64,000 bases of DNA from Hydrolagus colliei. Lineage: Eukaryota. Below, piece after piece: positions 11,973 through 24,252 of the stretch. Location: positions 18,724,001-18,788,000 of the forward strand of contig CM068743.1 in assembly GCA_035084275.1 (NCBI GenBank), read 5' to 3'. The position numbers and the translations under genes were made by a program. The notes beneath the pieces were generated by a model. It ran no database searches. It was not told where the DNA came from and was given only the letters and a program-made list of their open reading frames with translations. Numbering within the stretch: the stretch's first letter is position 1; each line of letters starts with the position of its first letter.

Positions 11973-13029
11973 AGTTGTACTGTATAACTAATGAATGTTC
12001 AGAGACTTTCAGAAGAAAATCATGGGTGCTTCTCAACTACAAAATAAAATTGACGGAGCTATCAACAGTTAATCACCTTGTAGAAATATATTGTGTTACA
12101 TGTCATTCTGTAGTTTAGATCACTACAACATGATTCAAAATAAACACACCCTCTGCAATCCATCCCAGGATTGCAGAGGGTGTATATATTTTGGCACTAT
12201 GACTGCCAAAATATGCTCTGCAGCAAGATGCAAGCGAGCTCAGGAAACCATACACTGCAATTAAATACAGAAGTCAGTGTCAGAGGAAGACCTTGTATTG
12301 TTGGCTTCTTATAGATAAGATAATTATTTGACATTGCATCTTTAAACACAGCTGATAAATTCCATAGTCCACTGTGAAAGTCACAATTAAAGTCAATGCA
12401 AAATGTTGCTCTAGGCTGTGTAAAATCTTTGTATTCAGCCTTAAGTTAGCTGATTTGACAGCTTCTTAAAGGATTCCTTGGTATCTGTAATACATATGAT
12501 GTACAGTATGTTAAAGTTATTTGAAAGTAGCAAATTGTATCCTAATTTCGAGCTGCCAAGCCCCAAACTACAGGAAGGTCCAAATCGGCCAGCAAAATGA
12601 TTGGCCTGTATAGGTAGCCGAAGAATATTGTTTACCCACAGCAGCAATGAGTTCTGAGATAGTTACATTACAATGTTTGGGTTTTGCATGTAAAGCCAGC
12701 TTGCAAACACTAATATTTTCTTCAGTATTGTACAGGTGCAACTTTAGAATTTAGATAGAGTTAGCAGGTGGCAGACTCATTTATTTTTGCTTTACAATGG
12801 CTGGTTACCAGTATAACACCATTGGAGACACATTGCTAACCTACTACATCTGGCGACAATGTTGAAAGCCATCAACAGTACAGTTTTGTTATAAGGTAGT
12901 GGTTGCGAACCAGTTACATTGTACATGCGAGCAGCTGGCCAGCACATGGCCTGAAGGCCTGTTAGTTTATAGATTCATGCAATGGACAACTCATCATCCA
13001 TTCATGAACATCACTATTATTTCCACTGA

Positions 13030-13252
13030 TGAAGGTTAGGAGTATTTTAAAGGGAGTTGTTAGGATTTAGAACGCTCTTCCTGGAACCATGCTTTGAGGC
13101 AGAATTCATATTAGTTTTTAAGAGGAAATTAAATAAATATCTGTGAAGGAAAAGAAAGGATATGGAGAAAAGGCAAGAAAGACAGCATGATGGGTCTATG
13201 AAGGAGAAATGGCAGCCTCTTTCTGTGTTGTAATTTTCCACTGTTCTATTCT
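13030..13252 (+). mobile_element. CR1 LINE 3' end
   Basis: GAGGCAGAATTCATATTAGTTTTTAAGAGGAAATTAAATAAATATCTG..GGATATGGAGAAAAGGCA..CCTCTTTCTGTGTTGTAA..TTCTATTCTA tail. Confidence 0.8.
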
Positions 13253-15354
13253 AATTGGAAGGACAGTGTAGACTTTATTGTGATCGGAGAAAACACTGCT
13301 TTCTTAGCCAAGAAGATGACACGATTTAAACCGCAACACTCCATCTGGCATTCACATGAGTAGATTAACTTTGGTCAGTTTAAACATCAGCAAACTGTGG
13401 AAGATCCAGTCATGTCCTTGTGAGAGTTCAATAATGAATCACCTAAGCTACTCTATAATAAGATACAGAAGTCAGTGTCAGAGGAAGACATTCATTGGTA
13501 GCCTCTTATGATGATAATTTGTCAGTGTATCTTTAAATAGTGGGCAATCATTGTGCACTATAACATTCCTCTAGCATGCTAGAGATTTATACAAAGAACT
13601 CCTTTAACTCTCTTGAAAAAAAAACTGAGCTCCTTATAAGGTTTAAGATAAAAGGGAACCAGGGAATAACCCTTGTAAAATTCAACCTGCATTTGCAACA
13701 ATACTGTTATAGATACCATTTCATTCAGGGCTTTTTTTTTGCAAACTGCATCCCAAATGGCAATTCTGTATACAATTTCAAGAATTTCTGATTAACGTGA
13801 ATACCACACAAAAAAATACAAGCATCATTAATCAGGCATTTCATACATTATAACCAGAGGATTAGTAATATGAAAGAATGTAAACACAAGCTGTGACCAT
13901 GGCAACAGTTTTCAGTAGAGATCTCTTCTCAACCTTAGCTGGCATTTCAAGAACGCTTTCCTAACTGGCTAGCAATGACATGCTGTGCCTGCACTGCAGC
14001 AATCTCTGCAGCATTTCCCAGTTACAGGCAAACCTCAAGTGTCTGATATCTTGGCAGTATGCAGTGCATAAACTAAACTTTAGAAAAAAAATGAATTACA
14101 ATTCTGGTTAGCAGTCTAATACCTAGAATATTAAATCTATACTAGTTTCATCAGATTTGTTTAACAAAAAAGAATTATTTTAAAAACTACAAAACCACTG
14201 AAATACAGAAAGCCATGATAACTTTACCCAGGCTTAACTTGTCACTATCATTTAAATTGTGATATCCGTCAATATCTCAGCCGCATCTCAATGCAAAATA
14301 TAAGGGGCATCAATTTACTTGTCACTCTGTTTAACATACATCCCGTATGATTCTAGAATTTGTTTTTATCAGTACAGTACTTACAATGTACGAGAGATTG
14401 GATAACTTGTCCTACGAGATGCCCTGCATTGCCAAGACCTCCTGTCCTATTTTATGATTGGTACAAGTGCTTAGCTGAGGTCGGGCAGACATGTTCTGAT
14501 GCATCGCAGAGACGTCTGGTCTATTGGAGAGCCATGCTATAGCCTCCCATCCTGCCTCCTGCGACAGGATCAGGCAGGAGACCACAACATAGTCCTTTAG
14601 TAAACCACAGGCTTCTTCAATGCCTCGGAGCATGCACGCCCAACATCCACCGAACTCCCTCACCAATTGCAGGTTCAGAGTGTCATCTATCCATGGTGAC
14701 TAAGTGCTGGCTGTGAGAGAGGGGGAGCCTGGGAGCATACGTTTTAACAAATAAATTGGGAGTCTCATGGGCTGGGGCCATTTCATCATAATGCCAGAGC
14801 AAGTGCAGTGTGTGTGGGTGTATACATGCTCCCAGTATCCCCTGTGGCCGAAGCGAGCATCTCTGCCTAACGCACCATGTCTGAAAGCTCATAGTTGAGC
14901 CCTGTTATCTTGGCACCCAGATGCTGCCCTATATGGAGAACAACATAAAATGCAAGTTGTGGCTGATATGCTGTCTCTATCTGAAGAATCTTACCCCAAC
15001 CCCCCAATCAGGAACTTAATGCTTAAAACCTGTAGAACCATGAATGAATCCATACTTTCTAGGGTAAAGAAAGTTATGGAATAAAGTTTCTTCGTTCTTA
15101 TGTTAAATGCCATAAAATAAAACACAGGGATGTAAAAGGTATATTGGCTTCTCATCTTGCCACATGCAACAAATACAGTCCAACAATAATAAGACCACGG
15201 AAGTAATTTCAGCTTCCCAGCACTTCTGTCAAATTGATTAAATTGTACACTTGGAACAAGGTACAAACTTACTGTTTAGTGACACTAATTTGCGAGCTGG
15301 AATATGAGCAGCAGTTTTACCAAATGTATCTCTCTACTCAAATTCTTCAGATAA

Positions 15355-15570
15355 CTAGCTATACCCCCGCATAACATACGCGTGTTTTTGAATACGTTTA
15401 TTCATATATTTTGAAACGTTTTTTAATAATATATTTGTTGTTTACAAAAAAAAGGGTAAGCTTTAATCACTGGGTTGTTTTTCTTTGTTGTTGTTTTTTG
15501 TATGTTTTTAAACTGTATTGGTTTTGTTTTCCTTTTAGAAGTTCATTGTTACAATTGCGGAAACATACCT
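15355..15570 (-). mobile_element. Non-autonomous Helitron-like element, 3' part
   Basis: Reverse complement of 20965-21180; ends CGCGTATGTTATGCGGGGGTATAGCTAG|T (hairpin plus CTAG). Confidence 0.7.
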
Positions 15571-15890
15571 GAGAGAGAGAGAGAGAAAGAGAGAGATAGA
15601 TAGTCACTGATGCAGTCCTTAACTTTAGCAAAACAATTTACAATAAATCTACTTCTCAGAATAATCACATGCTGAATTAAATATAGGAATCTGATGTCAG
15701 AGTTGTCAGCAGGAAGGCTGTGTCACTTGAATTGATTAAGTTTCGGATTGAAACTGTCAATATTTGTGTTAAAAGTGGCATGGAAAGCGTCTGCTGAACT
15801 GTTATATTTATATATACAGTACTATATATATGTGTGTGGGAGGTGGGGGGGGGGTGGGGGGGAATGACGACTCCTAGTCAGATACGTATA

Positions 15891-16203
15891 TAATAATAGT
15901 CCTTGCATTCGATATGGCGCTTTTCACGTCTTCCAGACGTTCCAAAGCGCTTCACAGAATATACTGTAAAGTGAATTGACTGTATACTTGTGGGTGAAAC
16001 GCGGCAGCCAATTGTGCACAGCAGTGTCCTACAAACAGGTTTTGATTGAAATCACCAATATTTATTGTTTTTGGGTAGGGATTATTATTAGGCGTGTGAA
16101 ATAAGGAAACATGCCCAAGGTTTCGCCCTGACCTGCCTGGATTCGAACACAGGTCTCATGCTTGTAAGGCAACTGCTCTAACCACTGAGCTACAGGACTC
16201 CAT
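15891..16203 (-). mobile_element. tRNA-derived SINE, main family, full length
   Basis: Head, Deu-like core GCTGTGCACAATTGGCTGCCGCGTTTC and L2 tail all present. Confidence 0.95.
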
Positions 16204-16225
16204 GTAAATTCAGTAGTGTGTTAAC

Positions 16226-17150
16226 TAGGGTCCGGCGATATATCGATATATCGAAAAATCGATATATCGAGCGAAAAAATCAGAATGCACGCACACTGAA
16301 CTACAAGACCCAGAATGCTCATCTCTATACACAATGCACAGACCGAGGTGCAAAGCCGCCATATTGTATTCATAGTCCTCGAATACAATATACAGGTATG
16401 CAAGGGGTGGGGGGGGTGAGTGGGAGAGAGACGGCTGGGGGGGGTGAGGGGGAGAGAGACATCTGGGGGGGTGAGGGGGGGGGAGAGAGACGGCTGGGGG
16501 GAGAGGGGGAGGGAGAGATGGCTGGGGGGGGTGAGGGGGAGAGAGACGGCTGGGGAGGGAGTGGGGGGAGAGAAGGCTGGGGGGGGGAGGGGGAGAGAGA
16601 CAGCTGGGGCGGGGGAGGGGGGGAGAGGGCTGGGTGGGGGGGTGAGGGGGATAGAGACGGCGGGGGTGGTGGTGAGGGGGAGAGAGACGGCTGGGGGGGA
16701 GGGGGGGAGAGACGGCTGGGCGGGGTGAGGGGGAGAGAGACGGCTGGTGGGGGGGAGGGGGGGAGAAACGGCTGGGCGGGGTGAGGGGGAGAGAGATGGC
16801 TGGGGGGGGGGGGGGGGGGAGGGAGAGAGACGACGGGGGGGCGGGTTAGGAGAGAGGGATGGCGGCGGGGGTGGGGGGGGAGACGGGGTGGATCTGATAA
16901 TATACAGATAGATAGATGGGGGGATGTGAGAGACACAGAGAGAGAAAAATATTTACCTCCTGAGGAGATAGGCCCCGAATGCGCGCGCACCAGGAACGCG
17001 CACGCATCCCGAATATGCGCGCACTCCGAATGTGCGTGTCGAGCGCGCATGCGCAGTACGAAAACCCCCAAAATATCGATATTTCGGTATATCTCGATAT
17101 GAGCCCATCGATATATCTAAATTGGAAAATTTCCATATCGACGGACCCTA
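16226..17150. mobile_element. hAT-type MITE (family A) with G-rich minisatellite
   Basis: TIRs TAGGGTCCGGCGATAT / ATATCGACGGACCCTA; 8-bp TSD GTGTTAAC / GTGTTAGC; internal array of GAGAGACGGCTGGGGGG units at about 16403-16890. Confidence 0.92.
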
Positions 17151-17519
17151 GTGTTAGCTATATGTAGTGAAGTTAGTTATTTAAATGTAGATTGCTTCAT
17201 TCTGTTGGTGTACAGATTATGCAGTTGCTACAATTTCTGTCACGAACAACAAAAAGGATGGCATATCCAAGAACTTAATGCCTGGTGTTGTATCATCCAC
17301 TCCAATGTGTATTGGAGTGGATGATACAATTCATGCAGCAACATTTTCAAAGCTTAAATAACAATTTGCAACACAAAGTGTCAGCCGCTCAGACATTTTT
17401 CACAATGAAACCTCTTCAAATGTACACTCTTGCTCAACTGATCCAAAAGCCGACTCGCTCCCATCAGTTTTAAATATACAGGACAATCCAAATATTTTAT
17501 TCTGCCTCCTTACGTAATA

Positions 17520-17737
17520 CAGTAAAAGCCTGTTTATCCGGCAGCCTCGGGATCTGGCCAATGCCAGTTAAAACGCATGCCGGATATTCGGCCGAAAACA
17601 CACAAAATTAAATTATGTTTAAAAAGATAATACATTGTGCCGGATAAATTCCGGTTAATCGAATTGGGACCTTTTTTGAGGTGCCGGCTATACGGAAGTT
17701 ACAGTTGATCGGGTCACAGTTAAATGGGCTTTTACTG
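17520..17737. mobile_element. MITE family B (short, opposite orientation to 4989-5200)
   Basis: TA|CAGTAAAAGCCTGTTTATCCG ... TAAATGGGCTTTTACTG|TA. Confidence 0.9.
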
Positions 17738-17944
17738 TACTAATAATGATAATAATGATAAGAGCTCCTTATCAAAACGTCTCAAAGCACTTCAAAGCAT
17801 TTACTGTAAGACACCACTGACCTACTGTAGGACACCATTGACCAATTGTACTAATAATCTGGACAGCAACGTTCATACCCACATACTAAAAGCAAAAAGT
17901 AGCCAGTGAAATGATGTACTAATTAAATACTCTGTGAAATTACA

Positions 17945-18098
17945 TAAGCAGGATTTGTCCCTGCAAGGGGAAAGTGCAAATTCCATTCAGGAAATTTCCA
18001 TGTGTAGATGGCATACATATGTGGAATTCTCAATCTGATTCGGATGAAGGATGCTGATTGGTTTCTGCATGAGTCACCCAGTTGATGGAGAAAAAAAA
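17945..18098 (+). repeat. Unclassified family U, copy D (terminal fragment with oligo-A)
   Basis: GGAAATTTCCATGTGTAGATGGCATAC..GGAATTCTCAAT..GGTTTCTGCATGAGTCA.. then an A-run; matches the terminus of copies B, C and E. Confidence 0.65.
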
Positions 18099-18751
18099 GA
18101 GTTCTAGCTCAGAATATTAAAATATCCTAACCAAACTTCGCTGATAGACATTCAACTCTTCACCCTCCATAAATGTCTCAAACTCCAAGTCTTACATTAA
18201 TCTTAAAATTGTGCAAAGGTATTCGAAATATTCCAAATTAAAACTGAATTAAAGACATTTTCCAAAATTCGGTATGATCCTAAATTTTAAGAAATGAATC
18301 AGGTGCCATTTAATCTTTCCCATTGAAAGCAGTTCAGCTCATGTGGCCACTCCTTACAATTTACCGCACCCTTCTCCCAGGATTGTCCTCAAAACATAGT
18401 TACTGCAATTTGCAATATATCCTTTGAAGTACTTTGGGACATCCTCCTGATGTGAAAGGCGCTATACCAAATGTAAGATTAAGATTTGTTTCTATTTTTC
18501 TTAGGATGACGACAAATTTGTTTTAAAAACAATCCTATTAACAGTTATAAGTCCAATATCATTTGCATGGAACATTACTGACAAGCACATTGTGAGAAAT
18601 TCTCTTCTCAAATACTGAGATTATTGTCTGAAAGGGGAAAATAAAGCCCATTTAATGTCCCATCTGACAATGAGTTAGTTCCTGAGCACAAATTAAAATA
18701 TGCACCTCAAGCCTACAAACTTCTAACCCAGAAGTGAATGCATTACCAATA

Positions 18752-19310
18752 TTTATTTTGGTCGGCCAGGTATCTGACACAAGTGGAAACCAATGCTTAA
18801 AGAGTATGCAAACCAAATTGAGAATTCCATGCATCCCCACCTACACATGAAAATTCAAGAGGCAGATTGTTGGAATGCACATTCTCTCCCTAGAGGGATG
18901 CATCATGGTTTCCTAATTCCAGAAGGTATTAGGTGCAGGTTAGCAGGAGTCAAAGCGTGGGGAATCCAGAGTGTGCATTGGGGTACTGTTAAAGTCTAAC
19001 CAGCTAAAACAGCATAAATAGTCATTGATAGCACTGTCTGCGAAGCATACCCACTGCTTGTCCGGCTAGGACCACACAAACCCGTTAGGGCTTTGGTTTG
19101 CAGTTATCAAGAGTTGGGTAAGTTGATTCCCTGTTCCCAGTGACTGATCTGCCCTTCTAAGTCCTTATGAGCCAGGTTGGCTGTGCTGTCATCAGCAGTG
19201 CCCTGGAGTACTGAAGACCCACTTAGGAACCAGACTACCAAGACTGCCACAGGGGACTGGCTCAATTCTGTCATTCCGCTACCAAACTGAGTCAATCTGA
19301 TACTTGGAAG
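18752..19310 (-). repeat. Unclassified family U, copy E
   Basis: GGTATCTGACAC..GAGAATTCCATGCATCCCCACCTACACATG matches the reverse complement of 8130-8210. Confidence 0.75.
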
Positions 19311-20383
19311 CACTCATTTCAAATATGACCTCACTAAGTGTAAAGAGTACAGTGAATAAGAAACAAGGGAAATGGAAGTTTTAATCTTAAAGGGCAGCTC
19401 TTTGGAGGATAAGGATTTCAGTGCATCTCTCCGAAATATTATTTCAAAGTAAATCAAAAACATAGGACCAGAGTTATAAAGTATAAATAAAAGTACAGTA
19501 AAAGGAAAATATTGTACTTGAAGAATGAAAATCTGCCAAGCAAAGTAACGGATAAAATTGTTTTGGTTATTTAATATATAATAGAGACAAATTGATGTCA
19601 GTTCTGTGTTGGAGGAATGAGCTCTGCTAAGCCAAGCTTCTTTTCTCATGTTGTCACCTATTTTTTTTCCTAAGATAATATACAGGTATATAGTAGCATA
19701 TGGCCATTAAAAAAAAATCTTTCTATAAACACAAGCACATCTTTGACTAATTACAGTATAATAAGTTTGGAATGCGTGTCCAAGTAATCCTAAAATAAAG
19801 TACGCAAGAATCATCCCAGTTGCCAATAACACCAATCCAAACAGGAAATACCTCCCAGTCTCAAATGGCTAGATGGCACAACAACCTGCTCAAAGCTGCA
19901 TTTTTGCTTGTTTATATATCATATATTATTATAAATCACTTTGAACGCAACTCATAGACGCAATTCTTTTTTTTAAAAAAAGGCAAAAAACAGAGCAGCA
20001 ATCATGTTCTGATAGTGCAGGTTAATTTCAGGGTTTGCCCACAAGACAGGCACACACTTTGCAAAATATTTCAACAAGACTCTACATCACATTCCAAAAT
20101 TAACACCATGCTGCTGGTGACCCCGCATTTCTGATCTTTGCCATAAAACCCAGCAACCCAGAGCACCAAAGCAGGCAACAAAGTGAAAGTCAATGACACT
20201 ATTGTACAATTCTAAACGAGGGCTCAACTTTCAACGAAATAATTCAAATAACTTTCACTACGCCACAGTAAATCTTCCGATCATAACTGCTAACAAGTGT
20301 GGCTTGTTCTACAGGTTACAGTGAAAGAGCACATTCTGGTTTGTCAAGAAATGCGTTCAGAGAAATTTGTGAATATCTTTATC

Positions 20384-20489
20384 TAATATAAAAATACAGA
20401 ATTCAATTTTTTTCAAGGTATTTTAAAAATGACTGATTAGTCATTTTTAAAATACCTTGAAAAAAATTGAATTCTGTATTTTTATATTA
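20384..20489. repeat. Perfect AT-rich palindrome (51-bp arms, 4-nt loop)
   Basis: 20384-20434 is the exact reverse complement of 20439-20489; loop GATT; flanked by CTTTATC on both sides. Confidence 0.97.
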
Positions 20490-20845
20490 CTTTATCAGGG
20501 CAAAACTGCTCCAAACACTTCATATAATAATAATAATCCTTGCATTTGATATAGCACTTTTCATGTCTGCTAGACATCCTACAGCATTTCAAAGAATATA
20601 CAGTGAAGTGAATTGACTGCATATTTGTGGGCGAAACGCGGCAGCCAATTGCTAATAAAATTGGTAATAAGTATTTTTAGGTAAAATGGAACAACCATAA
20701 ACACAGAAGTTACTACAAGTACCACAAGTTGTATAACCAACTTGTGTTGTTATGACACTAGGGGAAAAAAACAATCTTCTGATCCATAGATAAGATTGCT
20801 GCCAACTGCGCCGGTAATCGAATGGTTAAATATTTAAGAGCTAAA

Positions 20846-21180
20846 TCTATATATATATATATATTATATATATAAAAGCCTTAGCTATGGTTCCGCAATT
20901 GTGTCCTCCTGACCCGGATTGTGTCAAATCTATCTTCTAAATATATTATGTTATATATAAAAGCCTTAGGTATATGTTTCTGCAATTGTAACAATGAACT
21001 TCTAAAAGGAAAACAAATCCAATACGGCTTAAAAACAAACAAAAAACCACAAAGAAAAACAACCCAGTGATTAAAGCTCACCCTTTTTTTGTAAACAACA
21101 AACATTATTTTAAAACAGTTTTGAAATATATGAATAAACGTGTTCAAAAAGCCTCGTATGTGACGTAGGGGTATAGCTAG
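20846..21180 (+). mobile_element. Non-autonomous Helitron-like element
   Basis: A|TCTATATAT...AAAAGCC 5' end, ...GTATAGCTAG|T 3' end preceded by a GC hairpin remnant, no TSD; second copy at 15355-15570. Confidence 0.72.
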
Positions 21181-21459
21181 TTACTATAGGTAGTTCCAAA
21201 AACAAACAAATATTAGTTTGATTTAATCAATTATTTCAATACATCGGCATCAGAATTGAGATACAAATTCAAACTGCGGCTGATGTGGGAGGGCGGGGGG
21301 TGGGAAGAGTGGAGCAGATGTGGCAAGAAAAATGGTTCCAGCTCTCAGGCGGACTGAGAATTCAGATTAGACAAGTGTGGCTTGTTTCTGAACAGATGTA
21401 CCTAAAGAAATAAGGGTTGTGGCTTCCCTCGAATAGCCAGTGGCACTAACATGTCTGTG

Positions 21460-21805
21460 GATTTGGCTCAGTGTTTGATTCCCGGTCAGTACCGAGTAAG
21501 GTGACCTCAGCTTGAGCAGCAGGTAAAGTATTATAATTGGCCTCTGCTCTACTGGGCTGGGGAGCAAAAGCGAAATTCCGTTCCATTCCTGCTACTCGTA
21601 ATCACTAACCAGTGAAATCCACTAAAGGTTCAATGTGTGGGAAATTGATCAGGAACAGGATCAGACGGCTGTATTCAACCTCCATGCAATAACCGGCTGC
21701 TCCATGCTCACATTCCAGATTTCCACAGGACGAGTGGTCACATGAGTGAGGCACAAAGCACTAAAAGACATTGGCATATTCTAGCATGAAATCAATGCCT
21801 TTATG
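21460..21805 (+). mobile_element. Ancient SINE-like repeat (third family), decayed
   Basis: GTTTGATTCCCGGTC B-box-like start; body colinear with 30205-30762 and 50150-50400 (CCAGTGA..GGATCAG..CACATGAGTGAG). Confidence 0.55.
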
Positions 21806-22539
21806 TGACTTTTCAATCACATTTGATATATTTGGTTCAGCCAATTGGCCTACTGCTGACCTGCATTATTATGTAATTTTATGTAACACACAGGCATTAA
21901 GTGAATTACCAATTTTATTTGTAGGGTTGTTTGCCATGACACTGGGAGAAACTCCCTTCTCTTGTGCATTCACGTACTGTGTGTATCCAATGAAGTAAAT
22001 GAAGTTTAAAAAAAACCTGAACTTTGGAAAAAAAAAGGAAAAAACAAATTATATACAAAATTTAATCATAGTTTCCGTTACATACTTTGTGGGCAGTGAG
22101 CAAAGGGATTCACTGCAGAGAGCCTACACCTTTGAATAACTGGAAATAAAGGAAACCTAAATCAGAACAACAAATAACATTAAAGCGTGATGAAAAAAGA
22201 AAAACAACCTTGGAACTATAAAACATTTTGTGTATCCAAGACACACACAGTTCTACTTAGTCCCATCCTAACCAAGACTATTTAAATATTAACACTATAC
22301 AGTACTGCATTGCCGAAAATGAATAACAATGACCTTTGATTTAATGAGTGAAATTCAATTCAATATTAATTCAGAATTGTATTTGTTAACAGATTAGCTT
22401 CTCAATTAAAAGTGATTAAGAGTTTGCCACAATTCTCTGCCATCTTAGACAAGACAGAATTGCTTGGATTGTATGCTTAAGAGTTCTTCCTTTATCAGCA
22501 GTGCCAACACCCAATCTTTGCCTTGGTTATCCAAGGTGC

Positions 22540-22640
22540 AGTCCTATAGCTTAGTGGTTAGAGCACTCGCATCGTAAGCGAGAGGATCTGGTTCAATTCC
22601 CAGGGGCTGAGCAAGTTTCTTTAATTCTTCCATACACCTC
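22540..22640 (+). mobile_element. SINE head fragment (main family)
   Basis: GTCCTATAGCTTAGTGGTTAGAGCACTCGC...GGTTCAATTCCCAG. Confidence 0.8.
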
Positions 22641-22649
22641 TGTATATTT

Positions 22650-22865
22650 AGCAGCATATCCTTTCTTAAACAAGGAGACCGAAATTGCACACAATATTCT
22701 AGGTACGGTCTCACCAAGGCCCTACACAATTGCAGCAAGACTTCCCTACTCTTGTATTCTAACACTTTTGCAATGAACGCCAATATGCCATTAGCCTTCC
22801 TAGTTGCTTGCTGTACCTGCATACTAACTTTTTCTGACTGGTGTACAAGGACACCTAAATCCCCT
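22650..22865 (-). mobile_element. CR1 LINE RT fragment
   Basis: QQATRKANGILAFIAKVLEYKSREVLLQLCRALVRPYLEYCVQFRSPCLRKD, a canonical CR1 ORF2 C-terminal motif. Confidence 0.92.
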
Positions 22866-23468
22866 TTACATTATATTCTGTGAAGCACTTTATAATAATC
22901 CAAGGGTATTGTTATTATTATTATTAGGTTAACCACAATACTTAACTGCAATGTTTCATGTTGTTTTCAGCTAGTCACCATGTTCTCTTTTTTTTAATGG
23001 GATTAAATATTTCAATATACCCAACTTAGGTACACACGTTCTGAGGTAAACGGCCATGTCCAGTACGCTCAAAGTGAACCATAGAAACACCACTTCCACA
23101 GAACTGGCGATTCAGCAAAGAAAACTGCTGAACCAGTAAAAGAATATGTATGGGCCAGTTTATGCAGTGTTCTTAGTCACATGCAAGATAAAGTCAGCAT
23201 TAAAAGAACATGCCCTTGGACCAACCCCACCCCCATCTGTACTGCTACAACCATTAGCAATCCAAAATTCTGAACACACTAAATAGTGATTATGAATGAA
23301 TCGAGATAAAGTCATCCCATTCAGACAAAAAAACAGGCCCCCATCGCTACTACAGACTTAGTTAGCAAAACAACGCACTGTGTTTATTTACACCATAACA
23401 AATTGAAAACATAGCTCAAATCTTCTTCCAACGTATACCTCCATTCACCAAACATCCAATTTGAAATA

Positions 23469-24252
23469 CAGGTATCCCGCCCCAACCGTGGCCTTGCCAA
23501 CCACGAAACTCATGCATCCACAGTTTGCTAAATGCGACAACCCTCGCAAACCGTGTTTTGCACGTCCCCGATTTAAATACGCGGGTTTAAATTTTCAAGT
23601 TTCACTCTTCCAAACAAGGGACCGCATTCATCCGCGTGTCAGTGTGTATTCATCCGCTCCGCGTTTCGTGCCTCTCAGCATCTTTACTACCCCACGTGGT
23701 CTAGCTGCACTTGTGGATCTACAGGTGCTGTGTGTGTGCGAACAGCTAGCGTATAGCACTAGGACCCAATTGCTATGTTGCAATCAACCAGCGACAACGC
23801 TTCTCTTTTAAGATTAAGGTAAATACAGTAACATGCATTTATTGTTGCTTCTCCACAGCCTAGCTAGTAAGTTTGGGAGCATTGCCTTCCCCCCACCCCC
23901 TTCTCTCACTCACCTCTCTATTTCATCTTCTCTTCCCCAACCCCACCCCCTTTCTCTCTGACTCACCTTCTCTTCCCCCCCACCCCTCCTTCTCTCTCAC
24001 CTTCTCCAGCCCCCCCAGCCCTCTGTGTCACCCCCCCTCCCCCCAACCCTCCATCTCACCAGCCCCCAGTTTAGTTTTACTAAACGCGAACTTACTCGCC
24101 CGTATCCCCATGTTTTGCATAGGGCTCTGCATTTCCCAACTGTGAAAAAATAAACGTACACGCCCTATGCCCGTGTTTCCCATAGGGCCCTGCATTTTCC
24201 AACCGCGAAGGATTACAGGAACGTATCCCCCGCGGTTGGGGAGGGATACCTT
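23469..24252. mobile_element. pogo/Tigger-type MITE (family C)
   Basis: TA|CAGGTATCCCGCCCCAACCGTGG ... CCGCGGTTGGGGAGGGATACCTT|TA; paralogue at 45017-45872. Confidence 0.88.

Noticed and set aside
14400-14930. GC-richer block, possibly coding or related to 36420-36760
   Set aside because: No motif or convincing alignment by eye; probably a decayed TE I cannot classify
16130-16203. tRNA gene-like sequence (also other SINE heads)
   Set aside because: Runs directly into SINE body and L2 tail, present in many diverged copies, no proper acceptor stem or terminator
16218-17071. Long Gly/Glu/Arg- and Pro/Ser-rich ORFs (also 26441-27200, 39461-39955)
   Set aside because: Translations of stop-free G/C-rich minisatellites inside MITEs; no coding signal
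17802-17843. 21-bp tandem duplication (and 14-bp tandem at 63661-63688)
   Set aside because: Ordinary slippage-type microduplications
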